Assembly (NCBI GenBank): GCA_949295645.1
Contig: CASFLY010000159.1
Coordinates: 494 to 64,493, forward strand
Origin: an uncultured Bacteroidales bacterium
GTDB taxonomy: Bacteria > Bacteroidota > Bacteroidia > Bacteroidales > UBA932
Reading direction: 5' to 3'
DNA: 64,000 nucleotides
Position 1 is the stretch's first letter. Every line of letters starts with the position of its first letter. The notes under the pieces were generated by a model, which ran no database searches, was not told the DNA's origin, and was given only the letters and a program-made list of their open reading frames with translations. A program made the translations under genes and the position numbers. Shown here one piece after another: positions 39,422 to 48,743 of this stretch.

Positions 39422-40231
39422 ATGGAATGGTATGAAGCGATCATCCTCGGGCTTGTCCAGGGTCTTACCGAATTCCTGCCCGTGAGCAGCAGCGGACATC
39501 TTGTGATCGGACGCGAGATTCTCGGCGTCGAGGATTCGGGAGACCTGGTTTTCGAAGTGGCGGTGCACGCGGCTACGGTACTGAGCACCATAGTGGTCTT
39601 CCGCCATCAGATCTGGAATCTGCTGAAAGGTCTGTTCAAGTGGAAATACAATGACGAGACGGATTATATCCTGAAGATCTGCGTCTCGATGATTCCCGTA
39701 TTCATAGTGGGCGTCTTTTTCAAGTCTTTCGTCGAGGGGCTGTTCGAGTCGCTTTTCGTAGTCGGGGTAGCCTTGCTGATGACTGCAGTGCTGCTTTTTC
39801 TGTCGGATATGGCTTCGAATCCCCGGCGCCCGCTCCCTGCCGGTGCCATGACCGCGAGAAACGGCATTTCATACTGGCAGGCCTTTGCCGTGGGCCTGGG
39901 ACAGGCTTTTGCCGTGATTCCGGGGCTGTCCCGCTCCGGCACCACCATCTCCGTGGGGCTTATCTGCGGGGTCAGAAGGGAAGTGATGGCACAGTTCTCT
40001 TTCCTGATGGTACTCGTCCCGATTCTCGGCGAGGCGTTCCTTCAGGTGGTCGGAGGTGAGATCGGCGGCTCGACGCTCGGGGTCATGCCTGTGCTGCTCG
40101 GTGCAGCATCCGCTTTCCTGTCAGGACTTTTCGCCTGCAAGGCGATGATTGCCCTGGTGAAAAAGGCCCGGCTGACCTGGTTCGCCCTTTACTGCGCGGT
40201 CGTTTCCCTGCTGATTATGATATTCGGTTGA
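39422..40231 (+). CDS. uppP: Undecaprenyl-diphosphate phosphatase
   Basis: QGLTEFLPVSSSGHL and PGLSRSGTT motifs. Confidence 0.96.
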   Translation: MEWYEAIILGLVQGLTEFLPVSSSGHLVIGREILGVEDSGDLVFEVAVHAATVLSTIVVFRHQIWNLLKGLFKWKYNDETDYILKICVSMIPVFIVGVFFKSFVEGLFESLFVVGVALLMTAVLLFLSDMASNPRRPLPAGAMTARNGISYWQAFAVGLGQAFAVIPGLSRSGTTISVGLICGVRREVMAQFSFLMVLVPILGEAFLQVVGGEIGGSTLGVMPVLLGAASAFLSGLFACKAMIALVKKARLTWFALYCAVVSLLIMIFG

Positions 40232-40354
40232 TGTCATCCCGAGATCCCGTGTATTGTTATTTCGAGAACCTCCCCTATTGTCATTTCGAGTATCCCGCGT
40301 ATTGTCATTTCGAGAACCTCCCCTATTGTCATTTCGAGCGAAGTCGAGAAATCT
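40232..40354 (+). repeat. 24-bp tandem array (48-bp higher-order period) ending in a full GTC-tagged REP element
   Basis: TATTGTCATTTCGAG at 40252 (one mismatch), 40276, 40300 and 40324, with alternating 9-nt spacers AACCTCCCC/TATCCCGCG. The last unit continues CGAAGTCGAGAAATCT. Confidence 0.9.
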
Positions 40355-40383
40355 GCCCCCCCAGCGAGAAATCCGCCCATAAT

Positions 40384-41139
40384 ATGGAAACACCCCGCCC
40401 CCTCACATATTTCGTAGCCGACGTCCACCTCGGTCTCGACGTCAACGACCCGGCGGATCGCGAACGTCGTTTCGTATCGTTCCTGAGGTCATTGCCGAAA
40501 GAGCGGACGCAGGCCCTGTATCTTCTCGGCGACATCTGGGATTTCTGGTACGAATACCGCGATGTGGTACCGAAAGGCTATGTCAGGGTCTTTGCCGCCC
40601 TCACAGAGCTGATGGATGCCGGGGTGAAAGTGTATTTCTTTCAGGGGAACCACGATGTGTGGACCTATCATTATTTCGAGGAATTGGGGATGAAAAGGCT
40701 CGAACAGCCGGCGTATGTAGACATAGAAGGTACGCATTTCTGCCTCGGGCATGGCGACGGCCTCGGCCCCGTACCGGTCGGCTACCGTCTTCTGCGCGGC
40801 ATTTTCCACAACCGGGTGCTTCAGTTCCTTTTCAGCCTTCTGCATCCGTGGCTCGCTTTCCGTTTCGGCAACGGCTGGTCGCGCCGCAACCGTCTCGCCC
40901 GTCATTCCGACTATTTTTTCAAGGGTAAGGACGAACCTCTCTACAAATTCGCTTCGGAATACGAGAAAACGCATCCCGTGGATTATTTCATATTCGGGCA
41001 CTATCATGTCGACATAAAGATACGCACTCCGGAAGGCGCGGATCTGTTCGTCCTGAAAGACTGGATGACCTCGTCCCCTTACCTGTACTTCGACGGAATC
41101 TCGATTTTGGGCGGGAATTTCCAGAAAAGCGAAAAGTAG
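40384..41139 (+). CDS. lpxH: UDP-2,3-diacylglucosamine diphosphatase
   Basis: ADVHLG, LLGDIWDFWYEY, GNHD, GHGDG and FGHYH calcineurin-like motifs. Confidence 0.88.
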   Translation: METPRPLTYFVADVHLGLDVNDPADRERRFVSFLRSLPKERTQALYLLGDIWDFWYEYRDVVPKGYVRVFAALTELMDAGVKVYFFQGNHDVWTYHYFEELGMKRLEQPAYVDIEGTHFCLGHGDGLGPVPVGYRLLRGIFHNRVLQFLFSLLHPWLAFRFGNGWSRRNRLARHSDYFFKGKDEPLYKFASEYEKTHPVDYFIFGHYHVDIKIRTPEGADLFVLKDWMTSSPYLYFDGISILGGNFQKSEK

Positions 41140-41903
41140 AGCCCCTCGAACTGGCCGGTATCCCACAGTTCTACGAGTTCCTCGACAGCTCTGTCTTCTC
41201 CGTCTGGATCGTAAGGCTTTTTCAGGTCTGTTCCGAACAGCTTGGCGATTCCCTGCCAGAACCCTGCCGCTATCCCGTTTTTATAGTCCTTGATGATCAT
41301 ATAGGAGGACTTCCCGATTTCCCTGTCGATGAGCTTCATGAGCAGGGCCCCCTGCGAGACTGTCATACTGCGCATCGGCTGTTCGAAGTCCTCGAAAAGC
41401 TCTTTCTGCATCTCGTTTATGTACCTGTCCCTCTTCCCGCGTTTCAGGTTGTCTGCAGCTATGGTGCTGTCCACCTCATGGACCAAATGCCTGGCAGCCA
41501 GCGCATAAGGATAGGCCTTGCTGAAATTGTGCACTAAGCGGTAATATTTTCTCCATTCCCGCCCTTTCTGCCTCGGCATCTTCGAGTACACCCTCGCCGG
41601 CGGCAGCTCGTCCACATAGACCGTGTCCTTTCCCTCGACCATAAACTGCATATACAGGCTTTCCGGGGTCTGTTTCTCCGGATCCTGTCTTTTTCCTGCC
41701 GTACAGGCATAGCTTCTCCCTCCCGCCGCCGCATCGCTGCCTCTTCCTGCCTCCGCACAGGTATAACCGCCCGTTCCCGCTGTCCCGCAGGCATGGTCTC
41801 CCTTTCCTGTCTCCGCGAGAGCATGGCATTCCCCTCCTGCCGTCAAAGCCATTGCCGCGGCGGCCGCCATATACAATATTATATGTATCCGTTTTCCAGC
41901 CAA
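41079..41903 (-). CDS. DUF4294 family protein with N-terminal 10-aa repeats; start uncertain
   Basis: YYRLVHNFSKAYPYA, MTVSQGALLMKLIDRE, A-FWQ-IAKLFG-DLK and YDP motifs. Confidence 0.82.
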   Translation of the reverse strand: MAGKRIHIILYMAAAAAMALTAGGECHALAETGKGDHACGTAGTGGYTCAEAGRGSDAAAGGRSYACTAGKRQDPEKQTPESLYMQFMVEGKDTVYVDELPPARVYSKMPRQKGREWRKYYRLVHNFSKAYPYALAARHLVHEVDSTIAADNLKRGKRDRYINEMQKELFEDFEQPMRSMTVSQGALLMKLIDREIGKSSYMIIKDYKNGIAAGFWQGIAKLFGTDLKKPYDPDGEDRAVEELVELWDTGQFEGLYFSLFWKFPPKIEIPSKYR

Positions 41904-42115
41904 TTCCAGTCCTCGAATATTCTTATGCCGAACATATCCTCCCGATTCCGGGATGCCCCCTGCCGGTTCCGGCCCGTGGGAGAATCCTCGGAACTGCGGG
42001 CCTGCAAATTTATGAATTTTCCCGATATTGGCTAAGTTTTTCTCTGTCGGTCGAAAATGATGCGAAAAATTTTTGACCGGTGTTCGTAACAGAGTGATTT
42101 TCCCTTATTTAAGTG

Positions 42116-42148
42116 GCAGATATTTCGGTCGAAAATATCTGCTTTTTT
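42116..42148 (+). terminator. Intrinsic terminator-like hairpin just upstream of the rplP promoter
   Basis: GCAGATATTT pairs with AAATATCTGC, followed by TTTTTT. Confidence 0.6.
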
Positions 42149-42159
42149 ATTGAAAAGTA

Positions 42160-42189
42160 TTTGCAATTCAGAAAAAATGACTATCTTTG
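42160..42189 (+). promoter_or_regulatory. Sigma-A promoter of the rplP-led operon (-33 TTTG at 42160, -7 TATCTTTG at 42182)
   Basis: Both Bacteroidota consensus boxes lie about 90 nt before rplP. Confidence 0.75.
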
Positions 42190-42250
42190 CAGTCCCTTAA
42201 TTGAGGATAAGTCCGCCCAACCAGCTGATACTCAATTAAATAGGACTAAG
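42190..42250 (+). promoter_or_regulatory. Structured 5' leader, candidate ribosomal-protein leader RNA
   Basis: AGTCC/GGACT and TTAATTGAG/CTCAATTAA stems enclose AAGTC...GATACT. Confidence 0.55.
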
Positions 42251-42278
42251 AAATAAATTTTATAAAAGTAATAGAACA

Positions 42279-42701
42279 ATGTTACAACCGAAGAAAACAA
42301 AATTTAGAAGGCAGCAGAAGGGCCGCATGAAAGGCATGGCCCAGAGGGGCAACCAGCTTGTGTTCGGTTCTTTCGGCATCAAGACCCTTGAGAACTGCTG
42401 GCTTACCGGTCGTCAGATTGAGGCAGCGCGTCAGGCAGTTGTGCGTTATATGAAGCGTGAAGGAAAGATCTGGATCAGGATTTTCCCTGACAAGCCTTAC
42501 ACCAGGAAGCCTGCTGAGGTCCGAATGGGTAAAGGTAAGGGTAATCCGGAAGGTTTTGTCTGCCCTGTCACCCCGGGCCGTATCCTGATTGAGGCGGAAG
42601 GTGTTCCTATGGAGATTGCAAAAGAGGCTCTTCGCCTCGGCGCCCAGAAACTCCCGGTGACCACCAAGTTCGTTGTACGTAGAGACTATGTTGTTGAATA
42701 A
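42279..42701 (+). CDS. rplP: 50S ribosomal protein L16
   Basis: [16 protein letters not shown] and EVRMGKGKG motifs. Confidence 0.98.
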   Translation: MLQPKKTKFRRQQKGRMKGMAQRGNQLVFGSFGIKTLENCWLTGRQIEAARQAVVRYMKREGKIWIRIFPDKPYTRKPAEVRMGKGKGNPEGFVCPVTPGRILIEAEGVPMEIAKEALRLGAQKLPVTTKFVVRRDYVVE

Positions 42702-42715
42702 TTAATGGAGAAAAA

Positions 42716-42910
42716 ATGAAAGCATCTGAAGTACGTGAAATGTCGATTGCCGATCTCCGCGACCGTATCGAGGCCGAGAAGGCTGCGCTCGACACAATGA
42801 AGATAAACCACACGATTTCTCCTATAGAGGATACGTCGAAAATAGCAAAGGCCAGAAGGGACATCGCAAGAATGATGACTATCCTGGCAGAAAAGGAAAA
42901 ACAGAACTAA
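42716..42910 (+). CDS. rpmC: 50S ribosomal protein L29
   Basis: MKASEVREMS..RRDIARMMT and synteny. Confidence 0.95.
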   Translation: MKASEVREMSIADLRDRIEAEKAALDTMKINHTISPIEDTSKIAKARRDIARMMTILAEKEKQN

Positions 42911-42922
42911 AATTTCAGTCTG

Positions 42923-43177
42923 ATGGAAAGGAATCTTCGTAAGGAAAGAATAGGAGTCGTGGTCAGCAACAAGATGGACAAGTCCATAGTCGTTGCCGTG
43001 GCAACAAAGGAAATGCACCCTATTTACGGTAAATTCGTAAAGAAGACCACCAAATTCGTCGCTCACGATGAGAAGAACGAGTGCAGCGAAGGCGATACCG
43101 TACGTATTATGGAAACCCGTCCTCTGAGCAAGACCAAGAGGTGGAGATTAGTAGAAATCGTAGAAAAAGTTAAATAA
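42923..43177 (+). CDS. rpsQ: 30S ribosomal protein S17
   Basis: [11 protein letters not shown] and [13 protein letters not shown] motifs. Confidence 0.98.
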   Translation: MERNLRKERIGVVVSNKMDKSIVVAVATKEMHPIYGKFVKKTTKFVAHDEKNECSEGDTVRIMETRPLSKTKRWRLVEIVEKVK

Positions 43178-43179
43178 CA

Positions 43180-43545
43180 ATGATACAGCAGGAAACACGT
43201 TTACAGGTGGCAGACAACAGTGGTGCAAAGGAAGTCCTCTGCATCCGCGTGCTCGGTGGTACGCGCCGCCGTTATGCAAAGGTAGGCGACAGGATAGTCG
43301 TTGCCGTGAAGAGCGCCATCCCTGGCGGGGATGCCAAGAAAGGTTCAGTATCCAAGGCTGTAGTAGTCCGTACCAAGAAAGAAATACGCAGACCGGACGG
43401 ATCGTACATCCGTTTCGACGACAATGCCTGCGTCCTTCTCAACAACCAGGGAGAAGTCCGCGGTACCCGTATTTTCGGCCCTGTGGCAAGGGAGCTCCGT
43501 GAGAATTATATGAAAATCGTTTCACTGGCACCTGAGGTCCTTTAA
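43180..43545 (+). CDS. rplN: 50S ribosomal protein L14
   Basis: [15 protein letters not shown] and [13 protein letters not shown] motifs. Confidence 0.98.
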   Translation: MIQQETRLQVADNSGAKEVLCIRVLGGTRRRYAKVGDRIVVAVKSAIPGGDAKKGSVSKAVVVRTKKEIRRPDGSYIRFDDNACVLLNNQGEVRGTRIFGPVARELRENYMKIVSLAPEVL

Positions 43546-43558
43546 TCGAAATAGCGTT

Positions 43559-43876
43559 ATGAAGAAGATTTATATCAAAAAAGGCGACACAGTCTATGTC
43601 AATGCCGGCAACGACAAAGGGAAGACCGGCAAGGTGCTCGAGGTTATCCCTTCCAAGGACCGCGCTATCGTGGAAGGTGTCAATATGGTGAGCAAGCACA
43701 CCAAACCGAACCCGAAGAATCCTCAGGGCGGTATTGTAAAACAGGAGGGAACTATCCATATTTCCAACCTGCAGCTTATAGACCCGACGAAAGGCGGCCC
43801 GACGAGAATCGGCCACAAGGTAGTGGATGGAAAGAAGATCCGTTATTCTAAAAAATCTGGAGAGGAGATCAAATAA
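43559..43876 (+). CDS. rplX: 50S ribosomal protein L24
   Basis: [18 protein letters not shown] motif and IHISN. Confidence 0.98.
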   Translation: MKKIYIKKGDTVYVNAGNDKGKTGKVLEVIPSKDRAIVEGVNMVSKHTKPNPKNPQGGIVKQEGTIHISNLQLIDPTKGGPTRIGHKVVDGKKIRYSKKSGEEIK

Positions 43877-44478
43877 TGGCAAAGACTAAGAAGACAGAGG
43901 AAGTCGTGAACACGGCAGTGCCTGCAGGATATGTTCCGACTCTGAAGAAATTATACAGGGAACAGATCGTTCCGAAGCTGATGAAGGAATTCTCTTACAC
44001 TACGGTTATGCAGGTTCCGAAGCTCGTGAAGATCACTATCAACCAGGGTGTCGGCGATGCTACCGCTGACAAGAAACTCGTGGAGAACGCACAGCAGGAG
44101 CTTACACTCATCGCAGGCCAGAAAGCCGTCACCACGCTTTCGAAAAAGGATATTTCGAACTTCAAGCTCCGTAAGGGGAATCCGATCGGCGTGAAGGTCA
44201 CTCTCCGCGCATCGAAGATGTATGAGTTCCTCGAGAGGCTTATCCGCATCTCCCTCCCTCGTATCAGGGATTTCAACGGCATCTCCGAGAAGATGGACGG
44301 CAAGGGGAACTACACCCTCGGTATCAAGGAGCAGATCATCTTCCCCGAAATCGACATCGACAAGATTTCGAAAATCCTCGGATTGGAGATTACTTTCGTG
44401 ACTACAGCTAAGACAGATGAGGAAGCCCACGCACTTCTGCGTGAATTCGGTCTGCCTTTCAAAAAACATAACAACTAA
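43876..44478 (+). CDS. rplE: 50S ribosomal protein L5
   Basis: [20 protein letters not shown] and [19 protein letters not shown] motifs. Confidence 0.98.
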   Translation: MAKTKKTEEVVNTAVPAGYVPTLKKLYREQIVPKLMKEFSYTTVMQVPKLVKITINQGVGDATADKKLVENAQQELTLIAGQKAVTTLSKKDISNFKLRKGNPIGVKVTLRASKMYEFLERLIRISLPRIRDFNGISEKMDGKGNYTLGIKEQIIFPEIDIDKISKILGLEITFVTTAKTDEEAHALLREFGLPFKKHNN

Positions 44479-44490
44479 AGGAGAACTGGT

Positions 44491-44760
44491 ATGGCAAAAG
44501 AATCTATGAAAGCCCGCGAAGTAAAACGCGCGAAATTGGTTGCCAAATACGCAGAAAAGAGGAAAGCCCTCAAAGAGGCCGGAGACTGGGCTGCGCTTGA
44601 CAAGCTTCCTAAGAATTCAAGCCCTTGCAGGATGCACAACCGCTGTTCTCTCACAGGAAGACCGAAAGGCTATATGCGTATGTTCGGCATCAGCCGTATC
44701 CAGTTCCGTGAGATGGCAAGCAACGGTCTCATCCCGGGAGTGAAGAAGGCAAGCTGGTAA
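44491..44760 (+). CDS. rpsN: 30S ribosomal protein S14 (89-aa, no zinc ribbon)
   Basis: [28 protein letters not shown]. Confidence 0.98.
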   Translation: MAKESMKAREVKRAKLVAKYAEKRKALKEAGDWAALDKLPKNSSPCRMHNRCSLTGRPKGYMRMFGISRIQFREMASNGLIPGVKKASW

Positions 44761-44843
44761 CCGGACTTTGAACTGAAACAATATTATTCAACGTTTAATG
44801 GATATCGGGCGCGCGGATGCGCCGGTTATAAAACAACAAAAAA

Positions 44844-45239
44844 ATGACTGATCCAATAGCAGATTATCTTACAAGGATCCGCAATGCCTATATGGCAGGA
44901 AAGAAAATCGTCGAGATCCCTTCATCCAAGATGAAGCTGGCCATGACGAAGATCCTTTGTGAAAAAGGTTACATCCTCAGCTACAAGTTGGTCGAGGGCC
45001 AGCCTTTCAACACGATCAAAATCGCCCTCAAGTACCATCCTCAGACCAAGACGGCTGCCATCAAGAGCATCACGCGTGTCTCCAAGCCGGGCCTCAGGAA
45101 GTACACCGACGTAGAGAATATGCCGAGAGTGCTCAATGGCCTCGGAATCGCCATCCTCTCCACTTCAAAGGGTATCATCACCGACAAGGAAGCCAAGGAA
45201 ATGAATGTCGGAGGTGAGGTTTTATGTTATGTATATTAA
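44844..45239 (+). CDS. rpsH: 30S ribosomal protein S8
   Basis: MTDPIADYLTRIRNA, SKPGLR and GGEVLCYVY motifs. Confidence 0.98.
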   Translation: MTDPIADYLTRIRNAYMAGKKIVEIPSSKMKLAMTKILCEKGYILSYKLVEGQPFNTIKIALKYHPQTKTAAIKSITRVSKPGLRKYTDVENMPRVLNGLGIAILSTSKGIITDKEAKEMNVGGEVLCYVY

Positions 45240-45257
45240 TCTAAAAGCAAACTCATA

Positions 45258-45818
45258 ATGTCAAGAATTGGTAAATTGCCTGTACACCTTCCTGCCAAGG
45301 TCACTGTGGAAGTGCTCCCCGGCAACGTTGTTAAGGTTAAAGGACCTCTCGGCGAGCTCAGTCAGAAAGTGGATTCCGACATTACCGTGACCGTAGAGGG
45401 AAATGAAGTAAAATTGACTCGTCCTACCGATCTTCCGAGACACCGTTCTCTCCACGGACTTTACCGTGCGCTCATCCACAACATGGTGGTCGGAGTTTCA
45501 GAAGGATTCACTATCAAACAGGAACTCATCGGTGTAGGTTATCGTGTAGACGTCAAAGGCCAGATCCTTGAATTTTCACTCGGTTTCTCACACGACGTTC
45601 ATTTTATGCTTCCGGCCGAAGTCAAGGCAGAGGCAGAGCCTGTGAAGAAGGGTGCAAACCCTATCCTTGTGCTGAAGAGTGCGGACAAGCAGCTCGTAGG
45701 CCAGGTGGCAGCTAAAATACGTTCTCTGCGCAAGCCTGAGCCGTACAAGGGCAAGGGTATCAGATTTGTCGGCGAGCAGATCCGTCGCAAGGCAGGCAAG
45801 TCGGCAGGTGCTAAATAA
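45258..45818 (+). CDS. rplF: 50S ribosomal protein L6
   Basis: MSRIGKLPV and [11 protein letters not shown] motifs. Confidence 0.98.
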   Translation: MSRIGKLPVHLPAKVTVEVLPGNVVKVKGPLGELSQKVDSDITVTVEGNEVKLTRPTDLPRHRSLHGLYRALIHNMVVGVSEGFTIKQELIGVGYRVDVKGQILEFSLGFSHDVHFMLPAEVKAEAEPVKKGANPILVLKSADKQLVGQVAAKIRSLRKPEPYKGKGIRFVGEQIRRKAGKSAGAK

Positions 45819-45832
45819 TAGGAGATTCAGTT

Positions 45833-46195
45833 ATGGCATTGAATAAGATAGAAAGAAGAAGAAGGATTCATTACCGTATCCGTAAGGTTGTCAACGGTAC
45901 TGCTGAAAGGCCGAGAATGGTTGTGTTCAGAAGCAACAAGCAGATTTACGTGCAGGTAATCGACGACACCAAGGGTGTCACCCTCGTTTCCGCAGCATCG
46001 AACGACAAGGCACTTGCAGCCGAGTGCAAAGGCAAGTCCGGTAAGGAAGCAGCCGCTTTGGTAGGCAAGGCCATCGCAGAGCGCAGTATAGCAAAAGGGA
46101 TTACCACCATATCTTTCGACCGTGGGGGGTACCTTTATCATGGAAGAGTAAAAAGTTTGGCTGAAGCTGCCCGTGAAGGTGGCCTAATATTCTAA
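45833..46195 (+). CDS. rplR: 50S ribosomal protein L18
   Basis: GTAERPR-VVFRSNK and [12 protein letters not shown] motifs. Confidence 0.98.
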   Translation: MALNKIERRRRIHYRIRKVVNGTAERPRMVVFRSNKQIYVQVIDDTKGVTLVSAASNDKALAAECKGKSGKEAAALVGKAIAERSIAKGITTISFDRGGYLYHGRVKSLAEAAREGGLIF

Positions 46196-46203
46196 AGAAG
46201 ACT

Positions 46204-46722
46204 ATGGCAAATACAAATGTTAAAAGAGTAAAGACTTCAGACCTCGAACTTAAGGACAGGTTAGTCGCAGTCAGGAGGGTGACGAAGGTTACGAAAGGTG
46301 GCCGTCACTTCAGTTTTGCAGCCATCGTCGTGGTAGGTGACGAAAACGGCGTGGTAGGCTATGGTCTCGGAAAGGCGAATGAGGTCACTACAGCGATTTC
46401 AAAGGGTATCGAGGATGCCAAGAAGAATCTGGTGAAAGTCCCTGTCCTCAACAAGACGATTCCTCACGAGCAGGAAGCCAAGTTCGGCGGGGCAAGGGTG
46501 TTTATGAAGCCTGCCGCACCGGGTACCGGAGTGAAGGCGGGAGGCGCCATGCGTGCAGTGTTCGAGTCTGTAGGCGTGCAGAACGTCCTCGCCAAGTCCA
46601 AAGGATCCTCCAATCCTCACAATCTGGTGAAAGCTACGGTTGCTGCCCTTGTGGAAATGAGGGATGCCTATACGGTAGCCGGGCTTCGCGGTATTCCAAT
46701 GAGCAGAGTATTTAACGGTTAA
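46204..46722 (+). CDS. rpsE: 30S ribosomal protein S5
   Basis: [10 protein letters not shown] and [12 protein letters not shown] motifs. Confidence 0.98.
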   Translation: MANTNVKRVKTSDLELKDRLVAVRRVTKVTKGGRHFSFAAIVVVGDENGVVGYGLGKANEVTTAISKGIEDAKKNLVKVPVLNKTIPHEQEAKFGGARVFMKPAAPGTGVKAGGAMRAVFESVGVQNVLAKSKGSSNPHNLVKATVAALVEMRDAYTVAGLRGIPMSRVFNG

Positions 46723-46736
46723 GGAGGGAGATCGAA

Positions 46737-46916
46737 ATGGCAAAAATCAAGATAACCCAGATCAAGAGCAAGAACGGTGCTTCCAAGAGGCAGATTGCAA
46801 ATCTCCAGTGCCTCGGAATCCGCAGAATGCACCAGACTGTCGAGGTTGAGCTTACCCCTGTTACCAAAGGTATGGTTCAGAAGGTTCTCCACCTTGTGAA
46901 AGTAGAGGAAATTTAA
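46737..46916 (+). CDS. rpmD: 50S ribosomal protein L30 (59 aa, not in the ORF track)
   Basis: Translated by hand: MAKIKITQIKSKNGASKRQIANLQCLGIRRMHQTVEVELTPVTKGMVQKVLHLVKVEEI. Lies between rpsE and rplO. Confidence 0.95.
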   Translation: MAKIKITQIKSKNGASKRQIANLQCLGIRRMHQTVEVELTPVTKGMVQKVLHLVKVEEI

Positions 46917-46932
46917 TTCGGAGGATCGAGTA

Positions 46933-47385
46933 ATGAAATTGAATGAATTAAGACCTGCAAAAGGTTCTGTAAAAAGCAGGAAGAGAATAGGACGTGGTGA
47001 AGGCTCTGGTCACGGCGGAACATCTACCCGCGGTCACAAGGGTGCACAGGCACGTTCGGGTTATTCCCGCAAGATAGGATTCGAAGGAGGCCAGATGCCT
47101 ATCCAGAGACGTCTTCCCAAGTTCGGATTCAACAACATCAACAGGGTTGAGTATGTTCCTATCAATGTTGCGACCCTTCAGAAACTGTCCGAGAAATTCG
47201 GTGTTACGGCTATCGATACCGAGTTCCTGAAAAGGAACGGCGTAGTGTCCGGATCCGCTTTGGTGAAGATCCTCGGCAACGGCGAACTTACTGCCAAGCT
47301 CGAAGTATCGGCAAACGCTTTCTCAAAGTCGGCCATCGCCAAGATCGAGGCCCAGGGTGGAACAGCTACTACAATTAAGAAATAA
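46933..47385 (+). CDS. rplO: 50S ribosomal protein L15
   Basis: RIGRGEGSG and GFEGGQMPIQRRLPKFGF motifs. Confidence 0.98.
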   Translation: MKLNELRPAKGSVKSRKRIGRGEGSGHGGTSTRGHKGAQARSGYSRKIGFEGGQMPIQRRLPKFGFNNINRVEYVPINVATLQKLSEKFGVTAIDTEFLKRNGVVSGSALVKILGNGELTAKLEVSANAFSKSAIAKIEAQGGTATTIKK

Positions 47386-48722
47386 TGAAGAAGTTTATAC
47401 AGACCATAAAAAACATCTTCAAGATTGAAGAACTGCGCAAGAGAATCGTGTACACGATTCTTTTGCTGCTGGTTTATCGTCTCGGGTGCTTTATCGTGCT
47501 TCCGGGCATAGACTCGGCCCAGTTGGCGAATCTCCAGGACAACACCCAGGAAGGTCTCGTAGGTCTCCTGAACATGTTCTCCGGAGGCGCATTCGGCAAT
47601 GCTTCAATTTTCGCTTTGGGTGTGATGCCTTACATCTCGGCATCCATCGTTATCCAGCTCCTCGGGGTGTTCGTCCCTTATTTCCGCAAACTCCAGATGG
47701 AAGGTGAGAGCGGAAGGAGGAAGATGAACCAGATGACAAGGTATCTGACCATCCTCATCCTCTGCATCCAGGGCCCTGCCTATATGGCATCGCTTCACAG
47801 CCAGATTCCCGAGAGCGCATTCCTTGCAGTCCACAATCTCGGCTGGAGCAACTTCATGTTCAACTTCGTCTCCACCATCATCCTGGTCGGCGGTACGATG
47901 TTCGTGATGTGGCTCGGCGAAAGGATTACCGACAGAGGCATAGGAAACGGTATCTCACTCATCATTATGGTCGGTATCATCGCCCGTCTCCCTTACGCCC
48001 TTACGGCTGAAATCGGAGAAAAGGTGAACAATACCGCCGGTGGCGTGCTGATGCTTATCGTGGAGCTTGTGGTTCTCTTCTTCGTGTTCGTGGCTGCCAT
48101 CGCTCTTGTGCAGGGTGTAAGGAAAGTTCCTGTACAGTATGCCAAGAGGATTGTGGGCAACAAACAGTACGGTGGCGTACGCCAGTACATCCCGATGAAA
48201 ATCAATGCGGCCGGCGTAATGCCGATCATCTTCGCCCAGGCGCTGATGCTTTTCCCGCTTATTTTCTCGCAGTTCGACGCCACAAGAGGCCTTGCCGCGA
48301 CTTTGAGCAATTATACCGGTTTCTGGTATAACCTTATATTCGGACTTCTCGTTGTGATTTTCACATATTTCTATACGGCTGTCACCGTAAACCCTACAAT
48401 GATGGCCGAGGATATGAAGAAAAACGGAGGGTTTATTCCGGGCGTGAAACCTGGAAAGAAGACCGTCGAGTACCTCGACACCATCATGTCGCGTGTCACT
48501 CTCCCGGGCTCCATTTTCCTGGCCCTCATCGCCATCCTTCCGGCATTCGCAATGCTGCTCGGAGTGAACAACCAGTTCGCAAGCTTCTACGGCGGTACTT
48601 CGCTGCTGATTCTTGTCGGCGTGGTTCTGGACACCCTCCAGCAGATCGAGAGCCATCTCCTGATGCGTCATTACGACGGACTTATGAAGACAGGCCGTCT
48701 GAAAGGGCGTTCGGGAATGTAA
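47385..48722 (+). CDS. secY: Preprotein translocase subunit SecY
   Basis: SIFALGVMPYISASI, GIGNGISL, AGVMPIIFA and GGTSLLI motifs. Confidence 0.98.
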   Translation: MKKFIQTIKNIFKIEELRKRIVYTILLLLVYRLGCFIVLPGIDSAQLANLQDNTQEGLVGLLNMFSGGAFGNASIFALGVMPYISASIVIQLLGVFVPYFRKLQMEGESGRRKMNQMTRYLTILILCIQGPAYMASLHSQIPESAFLAVHNLGWSNFMFNFVSTIILVGGTMFVMWLGERITDRGIGNGISLIIMVGIIARLPYALTAEIGEKVNNTAGGVLMLIVELVVLFFVFVAAIALVQGVRKVPVQYAKRIVGNKQYGGVRQYIPMKINAAGVMPIIFAQALMLFPLIFSQFDATRGLAATLSNYTGFWYNLIFGLLVVIFTYFYTAVTVNPTMMAEDMKKNGGFIPGVKPGKKTVEYLDTIMSRVTLPGSIFLALIAILPAFAMLLGVNNQFASFYGGTSLLILVGVVLDTLQQIESHLLMRHYDGLMKTGRLKGRSGM

Positions 48723-48743
48723 TTTCAACAGGATCTTTGGATT

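Noticed and set aside
40232-40354. CRISPR array interpretation of the 24-bp array
   Set aside because: The 15-nt repeat and 9-nt spacers are too short, spacers recur, there are no cas genes, and the repeat is the head of a REP.
40228-40383. N-terminal YCHFE-repeat extension of LpxH
   Set aside because: It is the translation of the REP array, and family homology starts at the ATG at 40384.
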